This document shows positions 44,085 through 54,378 of a stretch of 64,000 nucleotides of DNA, piece after piece (the first letter of the stretch is position 1; every line of letters starts with the position of its first letter). The position numbers were made by a program, and so were the translations under genes. The notes under the pieces were generated by a model. That model did not search any database. It was not told where the DNA came from and worked only from the letters and a program-made list of their open reading frames with translations. The stretch spans positions 5,710-69,709 of the IMG/VR virus record IMGVR_UViG_3300014501_000015. One strand, 5' to 3'. This DNA is from a virus.

Positions 44085-44464
44085 CCGATACAGAGGGAGC
44101 ACCTATGACCACTACCAAAGCCCCACCCGCGCCGAAGCCGGTACGCAAGAGTTACCAATCGGCGAAGGATGCCAAGCGCGATACCCCGATGATCGTGGAG
44201 ATCGACGGGACTGAGTTCGAGACACGGCCCGGGCGCGTGCCGGGCACGACGCTCATCGACTTTCAGGGGCTCATGGTCACCCAGGACCCCGAAGCGATGT
44301 GGCAATTCTTTCGGTCGTCATTCGCCACGCCGGAGGAGTATGAGGCGTTCCACGCGTTTCTCCAAGATCCGGTGCGCGAGGTCGATATCAATCTCCTGTT
44401 CGACATCATCAAGGACATGATCGAATTCGCCGACGGGCTCCCTACCGGGCAGTCCAACTCCTAG
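44081..44464 (+). CDS. tail assembly chaperone
   Basis: Before the tape measure gene; ends 'GLPTGQSNS'. Confidence 0.7.
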   Translation: MTDTEGAPMTTTKAPPAPKPVRKSYQSAKDAKRDTPMIVEIDGTEFETRPGRVPGTTLIDFQGLMVTQDPEAMWQFFRSSFATPEEYEAFHAFLQDPVREVDINLLFDIIKDMIEFADGLPTGQSNS

Positions 44465-44775
44465 CGGGTTGGGCTGCGACCAACTGGCATGTTCTGGACG
44501 CGCGTTGTTTCCCTACCGACCCACTCGATGTTCCCGCGCGCCGGTTGCTCAACCTCGCGCGTCAGATCATCGCCGAGGGCGTGGCATTCGATGAGGATGC
44601 TCGCACCGCGTTTCACGAAGCCATGTCCTGGCCGGAAGTTGTGGAGGCCGAGCAGATGACCGCGCAAGATCGCTCTGCGCGCCACGCCGCGCAACTCATC
44701 GGCAGTGAGAATGTCGACGCAATGGTGCTTCGGGCGTGGGAGGCCAGGCAGCGCGCTGAGGCAAACGAATCGTGA
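44440..44775 (+). CDS. tail assembly chaperone -1 frameshift extension
   Basis: -1 frame open from CCC-TAC at 44440 to TGA 44775; no good RBS of its own. Confidence 0.55.
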   Translation, partial: PYRAVQLLAGWAATNWHVLDARCFPTDPLDVPARRLLNLARQIIAEGVAFDEDARTAFHEAMSWPEVVEAEQMTAQDRSARHAAQLIGSENVDAMVLRAWEARQRAEANES

Positions 44776-44857
44776 TCATGATCTATACATCCGAGAAGAA
44801 CCGGTTGACCGAAGAGGAATACCGTAAGCGAATGTTGGGTGGTGGTTCCCACTGACC

Positions 44858-47800
44858 GTGATCGGGGAACTTTGGGTCGCAGTACGACCTGACACCTCCG
44901 GCTTCAGCTCTCAGTTAGAAGGTGAACTGGACTCCGTCACCAACAGCGGCGGCATCACCGGAGGATTGGTGAAGATGGGCGCGGTCGTTGCCGGCGCCGT
45001 CGTCGCGGTCGGGGTTGCATCGGTCGTTCTCGCCGAGAAGTTCCAATCGGCCACTGCGTCCATCGCCATCGCCGCGGGCATCCCTATCGCCGCGGCTCAG
45101 AAGATCGGCGCCGCGTTCCAAACCACCATCGGTACTACCGAGTTCAGCGCCATCACTCTCGCCAACGCCTACGCGGGAGTTGCCGGGCAACTCGGGGAGA
45201 TGCAGGGTAAGGCACTCACCGCCAGCCAGGCGCTCGCCTTTATGAAGACGACGTCCGATCTGGCCGAAGCTAGCGGCGAGAGTCTGGGGGCCGCGACCAC
45301 CACGCTCACGAACGTCATGCAGGCATTCCAGATCCCGGTGAAGGACGCAAGCTCAGCGTCGAATGAGTTGTTCAACACGTCCCGGCTGACCGGCGTAGGT
45401 CTTGATTCTCTGGGGAGCACCGTTGACAAGTTGAAGGCCAAGCTCGGCGTCGCCGCTCCGACGTTGGGCGACCTCGGCACCCTGCTCGTCGACCTCCAAA
45501 ACCACGGGGTCCAAGGGGCTCGCGGTCTGATGGTGGTGAACACCGCGATGACCACTCTTCTCAAGTCAGCTGACACCGTCGCCCCGGCGGTAGCTAAGAC
45601 GGTCGATGCGGCCACAACGAAAGCGACGGCCTCGTCGGCGGCTCTCGCCAAGGCACAGACGTCGCTGTCGCAGAAGCAGGCCGAACTCGCGGGTAAGACC
45701 TCGCTGACCGTCACCCAGCAGATATCCCTCACCAATGCTACGACGGCGGTTACTGACGCCACGCAGAAGAACACTGCGGCCCAGGCGGCGCTCACCGTGG
45801 CACAGAACGGGTTGTCCCCGACCCTCTCCGCCACCGTGGCCGGCGCGCAGCAACTCGGGCTGAATGTATTCGACGCCTCGGGCAAGTTCGTCGGCATGGG
45901 TAGCGTCATCGCTCAACTCCAACCCAAACTCGCCGGGCTAACTCAACAGCAGCAACTCCAAGCCCTCGCCACGGTGTTCGGTACGACTGCGAACAAGGCG
46001 CTACTCGCTACAGTCCTCGCCGGCCCCGCGGCTTACAACGCTGCGGCGGCGGCGGCGAATAAGACGGGCACAGCCCACGCGGCGGCGGCGAAGCAGGCTG
46101 CCACCCTCAAGGTCACCATCGAAACGATGAAGGCCACACTGTCCGACCTCGGGGTGAAGCTCGGCCAGGTGCTGCTCCCGACGATCACGAAACTGGCTAC
46201 TTTCCTCGCCAAACTGGCCAACGAGTTCCTGCACAACAAGACAGCGATGGAGGTCGTAGGTGCCATCATCGGCGGCGTTCTAGTCACCGCGCTCGGAGCC
46301 TTGGCTGTAGCGGTAGGCGGCGTCGTCCTTTCGGTGGCCCCATTCATCATCGCTATCGCCGCGATAGCCCTGGCCGCCATTGAGTTGAAGGAGCATTGGG
46401 CGGAAGTGTGGGGTGAGGTCAAACGGATCTTCGACGACGTGTCGCACTTCCTGACATCAGGGTTCGGCACCCTCGCCCTGTTAATCGTCGGCGGTCCTCT
46501 CATCGGGGGTCTCATCGTTCTCGCCCTCCACTGGCGGGAGGTATGGGACGGGATGCGGGACGTGTTCGATCCCTTGCGGGATGCGGTCGAGGATACTTGG
46601 AACGTCATCAGCGACATCTTCTCCACCGCGTTTGGAGTCATCGACGCCGTCGTCAAGTTCTTCTGGCCGGCTATCGTCGGCTACTTCCGGGCCTACTTCG
46701 ACATGATCAAGGGGATCACCACCGCGGCCTTCGACATCATCAAGGCGGTATTCAAGGTGGCGTTCGGCGCCATTACCGTTGTGGTGCGGACGGCGTTCGA
46801 TCTCATCAAGGCGGCGGTCAAGATTCCACTCGACGTCATCGTGGGGATTGTCAAGATATTCCTCGACCTCGTGACTGGCCATTGGAGCAAGGCGTGGCAC
46901 GACCTTCTCGGCATCTTCACCGGTATCGGTAAGACCATCGAGGGCGCGGTGCGTAACGTGTTCGCCAACATCGTCGGCTTCGTCCTTGGCTCGGTGAAGA
47001 CCCTTCTCGACGCGGGGCTCAAGGCGGGCATGTCCATCATCAACGGAATCGTCAATGGACTCATGGCCGCTTGGCACGGGGTCAACGCATTCTTCGGTGG
47101 GATACCCGGCAAGATCGGGGCCTTCTTCGTGGATGCCGCCAAGTGGCTACTCAATGCCGGCGAGCAGCTCATCATGGGACTCATCAAGGGAGCGGTCGAA
47201 GCGCCGTTGAAGGGGTTAGAGAAGATCGGCAAGTCCATCATCGGCAAGGTATCTGGCATCTTCCACGTCCTCTCCCCGTCGAAGGACACCGAGTTCATCG
47301 GCAAGGGGTTGGTAGACGGGATCACCCAGGGCATGAAAAATACGGCAGCCGATGTGAGTCAGTTCACCAAGGTATTCGACAAGATCATGCCGGCATTGAA
47401 ACAGCTAACGACTGACATGGCAACGATCTTGAAGAATGGGATGGGTCCGGCCGGACTGGCAGTTGCTGGCTTCGGTACAGCAGTAGTGCAAGGGATTGAC
47501 AAGGCGCTTACCCCAGCCCTGGCCGAGGTCAAGAAGTTCGGTGTGGAACTAACTAATGACATCGAGACGCCGTTGGTCAAGGCGGTCAAGGCAGTCGGGT
47601 CCTTCGGCATCTCATTTCTCAGTGGATTCAAGGCACTTGCTGATGCCCTGGCAATCGCTAAAGCATGGGGTCCACAAATCAAGGGTGCGCTGGGCAACGT
47701 CGAGATAAGTGTCAACGAATGTCTGCTCAAGCTGGAGGTTGACGCCCTAACCGCGGGCAAGGCGATCATGCTGGCCCTGGCCAAGGGAATGACCCAGGGA

Positions 47801-48283
47801 GCTAGCGCCATCAAAACGGCACTTAGTTCCGTGGCAGTGTCTCTTGCTGTTGTCTCATCGGCGGCAGACAAGAGCGGGACGGGACATGCCGAAGTGTCCG
47901 CGCTGAAGACGTTGGTCGACAACAACAAGCTCGGGTTCACTCAACTGACCACGGTGAGCCGACTGACGCAGATGCAGTTGTCATCGATCCTTGAGCGCGA
48001 GGTCGCTGGGATGACCAGTTTGATTGCCTTGACCCACGGGAGTTTCACCACGCTCACGAACGACATCACCCGCTGCCTTAGCGCGGAGGATGCCACGTTG
48101 GTGAGTATGTTGTCGGTGGATCGTTTGGCCTTGAACGAGAGTCGGCAGCAGACGGTATTGCTGAAACGCATTGCATTGGACTTGGAGAAACCGCAGACGG
48201 TGGTCGTGAAGCCGACGCCTGGTACTCCTTCAACCGCGACGCCTAAGGCGGGCGCATCCTCCCTAGCATCGGCCATCCTGTGA
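44858..48283 (+). CDS. tape measure protein
   Basis: 1141 aa, Ala-rich; 'LGLNVFDASGKF', periodic W/F repeats. Confidence 0.9.
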   Translation: MIGELWVAVRPDTSGFSSQLEGELDSVTNSGGITGGLVKMGAVVAGAVVAVGVASVVLAEKFQSATASIAIAAGIPIAAAQKIGAAFQTTIGTTEFSAITLANAYAGVAGQLGEMQGKALTASQALAFMKTTSDLAEASGESLGAATTTLTNVMQAFQIPVKDASSASNELFNTSRLTGVGLDSLGSTVDKLKAKLGVAAPTLGDLGTLLVDLQNHGVQGARGLMVVNTAMTTLLKSADTVAPAVAKTVDAATTKATASSAALAKAQTSLSQKQAELAGKTSLTVTQQISLTNATTAVTDATQKNTAAQAALTVAQNGLSPTLSATVAGAQQLGLNVFDASGKFVGMGSVIAQLQPKLAGLTQQQQLQALATVFGTTANKALLATVLAGPAAYNAAAAAANKTGTAHAAAAKQAATLKVTIETMKATLSDLGVKLGQVLLPTITKLATFLAKLANEFLHNKTAMEVVGAIIGGVLVTALGALAVAVGGVVLSVAPFIIAIAAIALAAIELKEHWAEVWGEVKRIFDDVSHFLTSGFGTLALLIVGGPLIGGLIVLALHWREVWDGMRDVFDPLRDAVEDTWNVISDIFSTAFGVIDAVVKFFWPAIVGYFRAYFDMIKGITTAAFDIIKAVFKVAFGAITVVVRTAFDLIKAAVKIPLDVIVGIVKIFLDLVTGHWSKAWHDLLGIFTGIGKTIEGAVRNVFANIVGFVLGSVKTLLDAGLKAGMSIINGIVNGLMAAWHGVNAFFGGIPGKIGAFFVDAAKWLLNAGEQLIMGLIKGAVEAPLKGLEKIGKSIIGKVSGIFHVLSPSKDTEFIGKGLVDGITQGMKNTAADVSQFTKVFDKIMPALKQLTTDMATILKNGMGPAGLAVAGFGTAVVQGIDKALTPALAEVKKFGVELTNDIETPLVKAVKAVGSFGISFLSGFKALADALAIAKAWGPQIKGALGNVEISVNECLLKLEVDALTAGKAIMLALAKGMTQGASAIKTALSSVAVSLAVVSSAADKSGTGHAEVSALKTLVDNNKLGFTQLTTVSRLTQMQLSSILEREVAGMTSLIALTHGSFTTLTNDITRCLSAEDATLVSMLSVDRLALNESRQQTVLLKRIALDLEKPQTVVVKPTPGTPSTATPKAGASSLASAIL

Positions 48284-48410
48284 TGAGATCAGTCGACGTG
48301 CGCCCAGGTCTTGCGAGCGAGAACACGCTGCACGGCGGACCACGTCACAGAGAAGTGGTCCGCTACGTCCCAACATTGTACATCGGTGTTGGGCCGCGTA
48401 CTGAAAGCAG

Positions 48411-49352
48411 GTGGTTCTAATCAACGCGTTCTCGATGCCGGATTACGTCATCACCGGCACGCCAAGTGGTGGCACCGAAGCCGAGGTGACTTTCAATAGC
48501 AATACCCCTGACATCTTCGGGTCTTACTATTTCCTTGACGGTGATGTAACCGGGCTCGACTCACCAGATATGCGTATGACAATGCTTACGAAAATCGGCA
48601 ACGACGTGGACGCCGAAGGCGAGATCCCCGCCGACCTCCACTATCGGGGACGGTCACTGCAATTCAGCCTGTTCGTGGAATGCACTTCGGAGGCAGAGCG
48701 CGAGAACTCCAAGCTCCTGCTCGCCCAGGTGGTCAACACATCAGCGGTTACCTTCGTGGTCAACGGAGATGTCCCTAAACAAATGAACTGCGTACGAGCC
48801 GGCAACACCAACACCGGCAAGCTCACGATGATCGACCAAGGGCGCACGACCAAGCAGTCAGTTACGCAGCCGTCGCCGGGTGTCGAGTGGGGCGTTCCTG
48901 CTGGCACCGACATCTTCCCGTTCCACGCCGATGTCGAGTTGTACGCCCAGGATTCATTCCTCTACGCCGTCACCGCTGTCGTCCTCCCGTTTGAGGACGG
49001 CACGATGGACTTCACCAACCCTGGCACCTACCCGAGCATGAACGCTCTCATCACGTTCCTCGGTACCGCGGGTGCTGGCCCCATTGAAATCAGCACACCC
49101 GAACGGACGATGACCCTTATCGTGCCCGCGGTTCCGGCTGGTGCTCCTGCTCTCGGGCCGATTCCGAACCTGCTCACCATCGACCTCTATGACAAGTTGA
49201 TCTACGACACGAGCCTCGGATCACTGTTCGGCAACAGCTACTACCTTCGAGATTTGAGAACGCCCTGGCTCCGAATCCCTACCGGACTAACTGCACTAAC
49301 GACCTCCCCGCCACAGCCCGGCTCGCTCACCTATCACCCATGCTGGCTCTAG
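48411..49352 (+). CDS. distal tail (Dit)-like protein
   Basis: After the tape measure; 'YRGRSL', 'ELYAQDSFLY', 'NPGTYP', 'WLRIPTG'. Confidence 0.65.
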   Translation: MVLINAFSMPDYVITGTPSGGTEAEVTFNSNTPDIFGSYYFLDGDVTGLDSPDMRMTMLTKIGNDVDAEGEIPADLHYRGRSLQFSLFVECTSEAERENSKLLLAQVVNTSAVTFVVNGDVPKQMNCVRAGNTNTGKLTMIDQGRTTKQSVTQPSPGVEWGVPAGTDIFPFHADVELYAQDSFLYAVTAVVLPFEDGTMDFTNPGTYPSMNALITFLGTAGAGPIEISTPERTMTLIVPAVPAGAPALGPIPNLLTIDLYDKLIYDTSLGSLFGNSYYLRDLRTPWLRIPTGLTALTTSPPQPGSLTYHPCWL

Positions 49353-49412
49353 CATGGCGAACCCCGGCCCGTGTCTGATCCGTAAACAGTTGATCTTCGA
49401 GGAAGGCGCACG

Positions 49413-50039
49413 ATGGGACTAATCGCAGCCACTCTTGAATCGCTCACCAAGACGATGACTCAGGACATCGCCTTCTCGGAGGCCGAGTTGTGGGTCAGCT
49501 TGCACAGCGCCGACCCGGCCGGCACCGGAGCGAACGAGGTCACGACTGGGACCGGAGCCAACGCTCGGCAGCAGCCCGCCTACACCGGCTCAGGGGGGAC
49601 CGACTCCAACGCGCTCGACACGGTATTCACCCTCGCCGCGGTCACCGTGACGTGGATCGGCTACTGGACGGCGCAGACCGGCGGCACGTTCCTCGGCGGG
49701 TTCCCGTTGGTGGGCGAAGGCTGCGTTCTCGCCACCGCGTCCGGCTCGACGTTGCTGACCTGCCCCACTCACGGGCGCTCGGTCAATGACCCCGTCCGGC
49801 TCTTCACCCTCCCCGGCTCGGCGGTCAGCGCCATCCCTGCGGGGTTCACCGCCGACACGCTCTACTACGTCGTCGCGGTTGCCAGCGCCAACGTTCTCGA
49901 ACTTGGTTCCACCATCGGTGGGTCACCCATCACGGCCAGTGGCCCCGGTGGATGTGGCATCTTCCTCGATGAAGGGGTCTACACGGAGACCGGAACTCTC
50001 ACGTTCCCGATGGGCCTCTTGGCTTACGCGACGAGCTAG
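49413..50039 (+). CDS. minor tail protein
   Basis: 'WVSLHSADP..TGANEV', 'GYWTA.TGGTFLG'. Confidence 0.65.
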   Translation: MGLIAATLESLTKTMTQDIAFSEAELWVSLHSADPAGTGANEVTTGTGANARQQPAYTGSGGTDSNALDTVFTLAAVTVTWIGYWTAQTGGTFLGGFPLVGEGCVLATASGSTLLTCPTHGRSVNDPVRLFTLPGSAVSAIPAGFTADTLYYVVAVASANVLELGSTIGGSPITASGPGGCGIFLDEGVYTETGTLTFPMGLLAYATS

Positions 50040-50042
50040 CTG

Positions 50043-52823
50043 ATGTTCGCCTACGTCAGCGACAGCACCACGGGCGATGTCTATGTGGTCGACCTCAGCA
50101 GCGATGAGATGGTCGCCATCATCCCCATCACCGGCGGGGACGCCTTTGGCACCGCTGCGACCCCCGACGGATCCAAGGTCTATGCCAGTTCATTGAGCGG
50201 AGGCACGGTGACCCCCATTGTCACCGCCACCAATATCGCGGGGACGCCCATCACCGGGTTCACCTACCCAGCCTTTATCGCCGCCAGCCCCGATGGCTCG
50301 ACCATGTGGGTGTCAGACTACCTAGCTGGGTCGGTCACGCCCATCGACGTTGCCACCGACATCGCCGGAAGTCCGGTCACCGTGGGCACCCAGCCGTCCG
50401 CGTTGGCCATTACCCCGGACGGGACGAAGTTGTATGTCTGTAACTCGGGCGACGGCACAGTGACCCCGGTTACCTTGCCTGCGACTCCCAGTTCACCCAT
50501 CACCGTCGGGTCCACACCATTCGGCATTGCCATTACCCCGGACGGGACGCAGGCATTGGTGTCCAATGGCGATGGCACCGTGACAGTCATCACTGTGACC
50601 GATGACACCGTGGCCGCCACCTGGACCGTGGGCGGCACCGGGCCAATCACCGCCATCGCCATCACTCCCGATGGGTCAACGGCGTATGTGGCCTACAGCG
50701 GAGGCAACGTCTACCCGGTCGATATCTCTACCGGCACTCCGGGCACCCCCATCGACGTCGCCACTCCGGGCTACGGCATCGCCATCGACCCGACCGGGAC
50801 CACGCTGTACGTCCCGAACGGCGGGAGTGGCATCACGCCAATCGACATCGCCACCAACACCGCCGGGACGCCAATTCCGGTGACGGGTTCTTCTTCGCTG
50901 GTAACCATCGCGCTGGCGGTGGCGGCTCCGGTGGCTCTGACCCGTTCACTGACGACGACGGTGGTGGCCGGTCCACCACCCCGGCTCGGTGCTCGTCTCA
51001 CACCGACTCGTCCGACTCTCGTCCCTGGCCCGTTCGGCAACCACGAGTACGAGGTCATCTGCTGCGACAAGTACGGTATCGCCACGTCGGTTATCCCTTC
51101 CGCGGTGGTAACGGAAATCGACTACGAACTCGACAGCATCGGCGCGGCGACTATCGACATCGACATCGAGGACGTTCACGCCCAGTTGTATCTGCCGATG
51201 TCGTCAATCCCCGGCGTGGTCGAGATCCAGATTTGGCGGGACCAGGCGCTCATCTGGTGGGGCTGGCCGACCGGGGCGACATGGGACGCAGTGCAGGTCC
51301 ATCTCTCTTGTCAGGGGTTGTTGTGGCCGTTGAGCCGCCGGGAGTTCGGACCCGGCTTCCGGCACTATCTCGTCAATCCACAGTTCGAGATGGGACTGGC
51401 CGACTGGGTCGCGGTGAACTGCCTCGCCTTCGTCGACCCGATTACCAGATACGTCGGTAAGCAGGCCGCTCGGTTGTTCAACGGCACGGTCGGCGCCGAC
51501 GCCTTCTTGGAGCAGGACTTCGTCGTGGACTGCACCGACATCCCCAGTGGGTTGGCCTTTTCCCTCTCCGCCTATTTCTACATCGACGCGAACTATCCCT
51601 CGACGGGAACCGCGCTCGGTGCCCGAGGCCTGTTTGTTGAAGACAGCAACGGCGTTACCTACGCCATCTCCATTGACACCGATACGCCGTACAACACCTG
51701 GACTCCGATCGCCATCACTAGCGCTAGTTCCGGTCCCGCCTTCGTAGCTGTCGGCGGTGAGGTGACCACCTACAATGTCCGCCTCTACTGCCCGGAGGGG
51801 TCGATCGTTTGGGACGCGGTCAACCTGAGCGTGTTCGAGAACGTGTCCAGTCCGCCGGCCTCTCCTCCTGCCACCGCTTGGGACGTGGCTGACATCATGG
51901 AAGCCGTTTTCGCCGCGGCACAGAGTAGTCAGTGGGGACAGAGTGACCTCAACTACTTCTTCTGGGCGGCGCCCACTGGTGTACTCCAGAACGTGGTCTA
52001 CGACGTGACGCAGAGTGAGGTCATTCTCGACGCTCTTAACGTGTTCCCTTCCACGGGTGTGTGCGATTTTGAGATGATCTGGGATGACACCGGACACTTC
52101 CGGGGCATGGTCGTCTCTACCCCATCTCAGGGTTCGGTCAAATACAACAACGTCCTCGACGTCTCCGTCAACACCACGACGACGCTGGCCGGCGCGGTAG
52201 ATGGAACGCAGGTCGGCACTAGACAGCGAGTGCTCGGACAGGGGTCCGGGCCTTCCCAGGACACCGGGTATGCAGAGTTTGCCAGCTATCTCGGCGGGCG
52301 CGTGGTCTACGACGCCGCTCTGGTTTCGGGGTCCGCCGTCATCGACAGTGCCACGATCAACTTCACCGCCGACGACGTGGGCGTCAACTGCTACTCGCTC
52401 AATGGTGGACTCCCTCCCAATACCTTTATCGTGTCAGTCACGAGTGCGACGGAAGCCGTGATGAGCAACACCGCTCTACTGACTCTCCCGGCGGAAACCT
52501 TCGGGGTTGGCGGTATCACCCTCGACACGTCGACCTCGGCGATTGCGGGTCAGGAGCTCGGGGTCCTCCAGCAATTCGCAGAAAGTCTCCTCATCCAACA
52601 GATGGCGTCGCAAGTCCTCCCGGCCCCGAAGGTACGGGCCGATGGGCCGAATGGGATGTTCGGGTTGGTGCAGGTGGGCGATGTCATCCCCGTTAGCGCT
52701 GACTACGGGTGGTTGCAGATCCCGCCGACCATGATGAGGATTGCCAAGCTCGCCCTCTACCCGCCGACCGAAGAGTTGGAGTTCACCCTGATGCCGCTCA
52801 ACACTTGGGTGACTCCGTCGTGA
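50043..52823 (+). CDS. tail tip protein with N-terminal YVTN/YncE beta-propeller
   Basis: About 7 'AITPDG..YV' repeats, then 'IWRD...WWG', 'VGDVIPV'. Confidence 0.75.
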   Translation: MFAYVSDSTTGDVYVVDLSSDEMVAIIPITGGDAFGTAATPDGSKVYASSLSGGTVTPIVTATNIAGTPITGFTYPAFIAASPDGSTMWVSDYLAGSVTPIDVATDIAGSPVTVGTQPSALAITPDGTKLYVCNSGDGTVTPVTLPATPSSPITVGSTPFGIAITPDGTQALVSNGDGTVTVITVTDDTVAATWTVGGTGPITAIAITPDGSTAYVAYSGGNVYPVDISTGTPGTPIDVATPGYGIAIDPTGTTLYVPNGGSGITPIDIATNTAGTPIPVTGSSSLVTIALAVAAPVALTRSLTTTVVAGPPPRLGARLTPTRPTLVPGPFGNHEYEVICCDKYGIATSVIPSAVVTEIDYELDSIGAATIDIDIEDVHAQLYLPMSSIPGVVEIQIWRDQALIWWGWPTGATWDAVQVHLSCQGLLWPLSRREFGPGFRHYLVNPQFEMGLADWVAVNCLAFVDPITRYVGKQAARLFNGTVGADAFLEQDFVVDCTDIPSGLAFSLSAYFYIDANYPSTGTALGARGLFVEDSNGVTYAISIDTDTPYNTWTPIAITSASSGPAFVAVGGEVTTYNVRLYCPEGSIVWDAVNLSVFENVSSPPASPPATAWDVADIMEAVFAAAQSSQWGQSDLNYFFWAAPTGVLQNVVYDVTQSEVILDALNVFPSTGVCDFEMIWDDTGHFRGMVVSTPSQGSVKYNNVLDVSVNTTTTLAGAVDGTQVGTRQRVLGQGSGPSQDTGYAEFASYLGGRVVYDAALVSGSAVIDSATINFTADDVGVNCYSLNGGLPPNTFIVSVTSATEAVMSNTALLTLPAETFGVGGITLDTSTSAIAGQELGVLQQFAESLLIQQMASQVLPAPKVRADGPNGMFGLVQVGDVIPVSADYGWLQIPPTMMRIAKLALYPPTEELEFTLMPLNTWVTPS

Positions 52824-53407
52824 CGTCGACCGGACCCGCGCCGCCGACAGGACCGCGCAATCTCCCGTCGATCAACCTGGCCGCGATCAAAGCCCGGCTC
52901 CAGAGCTTCGACAAGCGGATCAAGTATATCGAGAAGAACCGCACCCCGGCCCCGATCCCGATGGGCAAGGTTGCTGACGCCTCACAGATGCAAAGAGCGC
53001 AGGCCGGGCACGCCGCCGTCCTCAGCCCGATCAATGACGCGGTCACCGGCAGCTACCAGCCCAGCCCCGTACTCGCCACGTTGCTCTTCAACATGCCCGG
53101 CGCCCTCACCCTCGCGACCTCGGACCCGATGCATTCCCGGTATGTCGCCAATATCGTCGGGGTAGCGGCGGACCTCACCACGTTCGCATCAGACGTGACT
53201 TTTGAGGTGCTGGTCAACGGATCGTCGATCCAAACCGTGACTATGACGGGCGCAGCGACCGGCCTCGTTCCCATTACCGCGCACACACCGCTCAATCCCT
53301 ACACCGATTTGGTCACAGTACAAACCACCGATATCGGCACCGACAACCTTGGCCTGGTGGTGCATGTGGAGTTGGCTGTCGATCCTCAGAACCCGCCACC
53401 GGGTTAG
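52820..53407 (+). CDS. minor tail protein
   Basis: N-terminal coiled coil, beta-rich C-terminus. Confidence 0.6.
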   Translation: MTSTGPAPPTGPRNLPSINLAAIKARLQSFDKRIKYIEKNRTPAPIPMGKVADASQMQRAQAGHAAVLSPINDAVTGSYQPSPVLATLLFNMPGALTLATSDPMHSRYVANIVGVAADLTTFASDVTFEVLVNGSSIQTVTMTGAATGLVPITAHTPLNPYTDLVTVQTTDIGTDNLGLVVHVELAVDPQNPPPG

Positions 53408-54369
53408 TGCCGATCTACGCCGTCACTCCCATTGACATCGCCAGCGCCACCGCTGGCCCGCCGATCACTGGGTTTACTTATCCCCTCAACATTCGGATTA
53501 CCCCGGACGGAAGCCGTGCCTACATCTCCGACTCCCCTGGCGTCACGCCAATGGAGTTGCCTTCCCATGCCCTGGATTCCCCCGTGTCTCCTGTCTCTAC
53601 CCCAGTCAACGGCATCGCCATCGCACCAGATGGGAGCCGCGCCTATGTCGGGGGCAACGCTTACTATAACGAAGTCGATGTCGCCATCCCAGCTGACACG
53701 ACTAACTCGGTTCCTGGGTTCATACAGGCAGTCGGGCCCGTTGCTTTCACCCCGGACAGTTCCAAGGCTTACGTCTGTATCCCTAGCGCTGAGTCAGTGC
53801 AGCCCGTCGATGTCGCCACCCGGACGCCCGGAGCACAGATCATTCTCCCCGGTGCAGACCCGAACCCTATTGCCGTGGCTGTTGAGCCGACTGGGACCAC
53901 TGCCTATGTCCTCGACTACAACAGCGGGACGCTCGACCCCATTGACATCGCCACCGACACGCTCGGGACCGCGATCAACGTGGGCAGCTACCCCGTTTAC
54001 TTCGTCATCACGCCGGATGGGACGACCGCCTGGGTGATGAATGTGCCGCCAGGGTTTCTCACCACGTCACTGGTGCCCGTTGACCTCGGCACCACTACGG
54101 TCGGTACTCCGATCCCGTTCACTTTCGGGGAGCCGAGTAATAGCTGGGCCATCACCCCGGACGGCGCTCACCTCTACATCGGGGATCAGACGAATGGGAG
54201 AGTCGTGCCCTTCGACATTGCATCGAGCACTTACGGAACCCCAATCCTCGTTACTGGGTACCCCTTTGATGTCGCCATCACCCCGGACGGCGCCACCGCT
54301 TACGTGACCCGCACCGTCGTCCCGACGGCCACCGCCCCGCCGTGGGTGCTCGGGCACGTGGCGTGGTGA
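53407..54369 (+). CDS. YncE/YVTN beta-propeller protein
   Basis: Repeated 'ITPDG..AY(V/I)'. Confidence 0.8.
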   Translation: MPIYAVTPIDIASATAGPPITGFTYPLNIRITPDGSRAYISDSPGVTPMELPSHALDSPVSPVSTPVNGIAIAPDGSRAYVGGNAYYNEVDVAIPADTTNSVPGFIQAVGPVAFTPDSSKAYVCIPSAESVQPVDVATRTPGAQIILPGADPNPIAVAVEPTGTTAYVLDYNSGTLDPIDIATDTLGTAINVGSYPVYFVITPDGTTAWVMNVPPGFLTTSLVPVDLGTTTVGTPIPFTFGEPSNSWAITPDGAHLYIGDQTNGRVVPFDIASSTYGTPILVTGYPFDVAITPDGATAYVTRTVVPTATAPPWVLGHVAW

Positions 54370-54378
54370 GCTAGAGCC

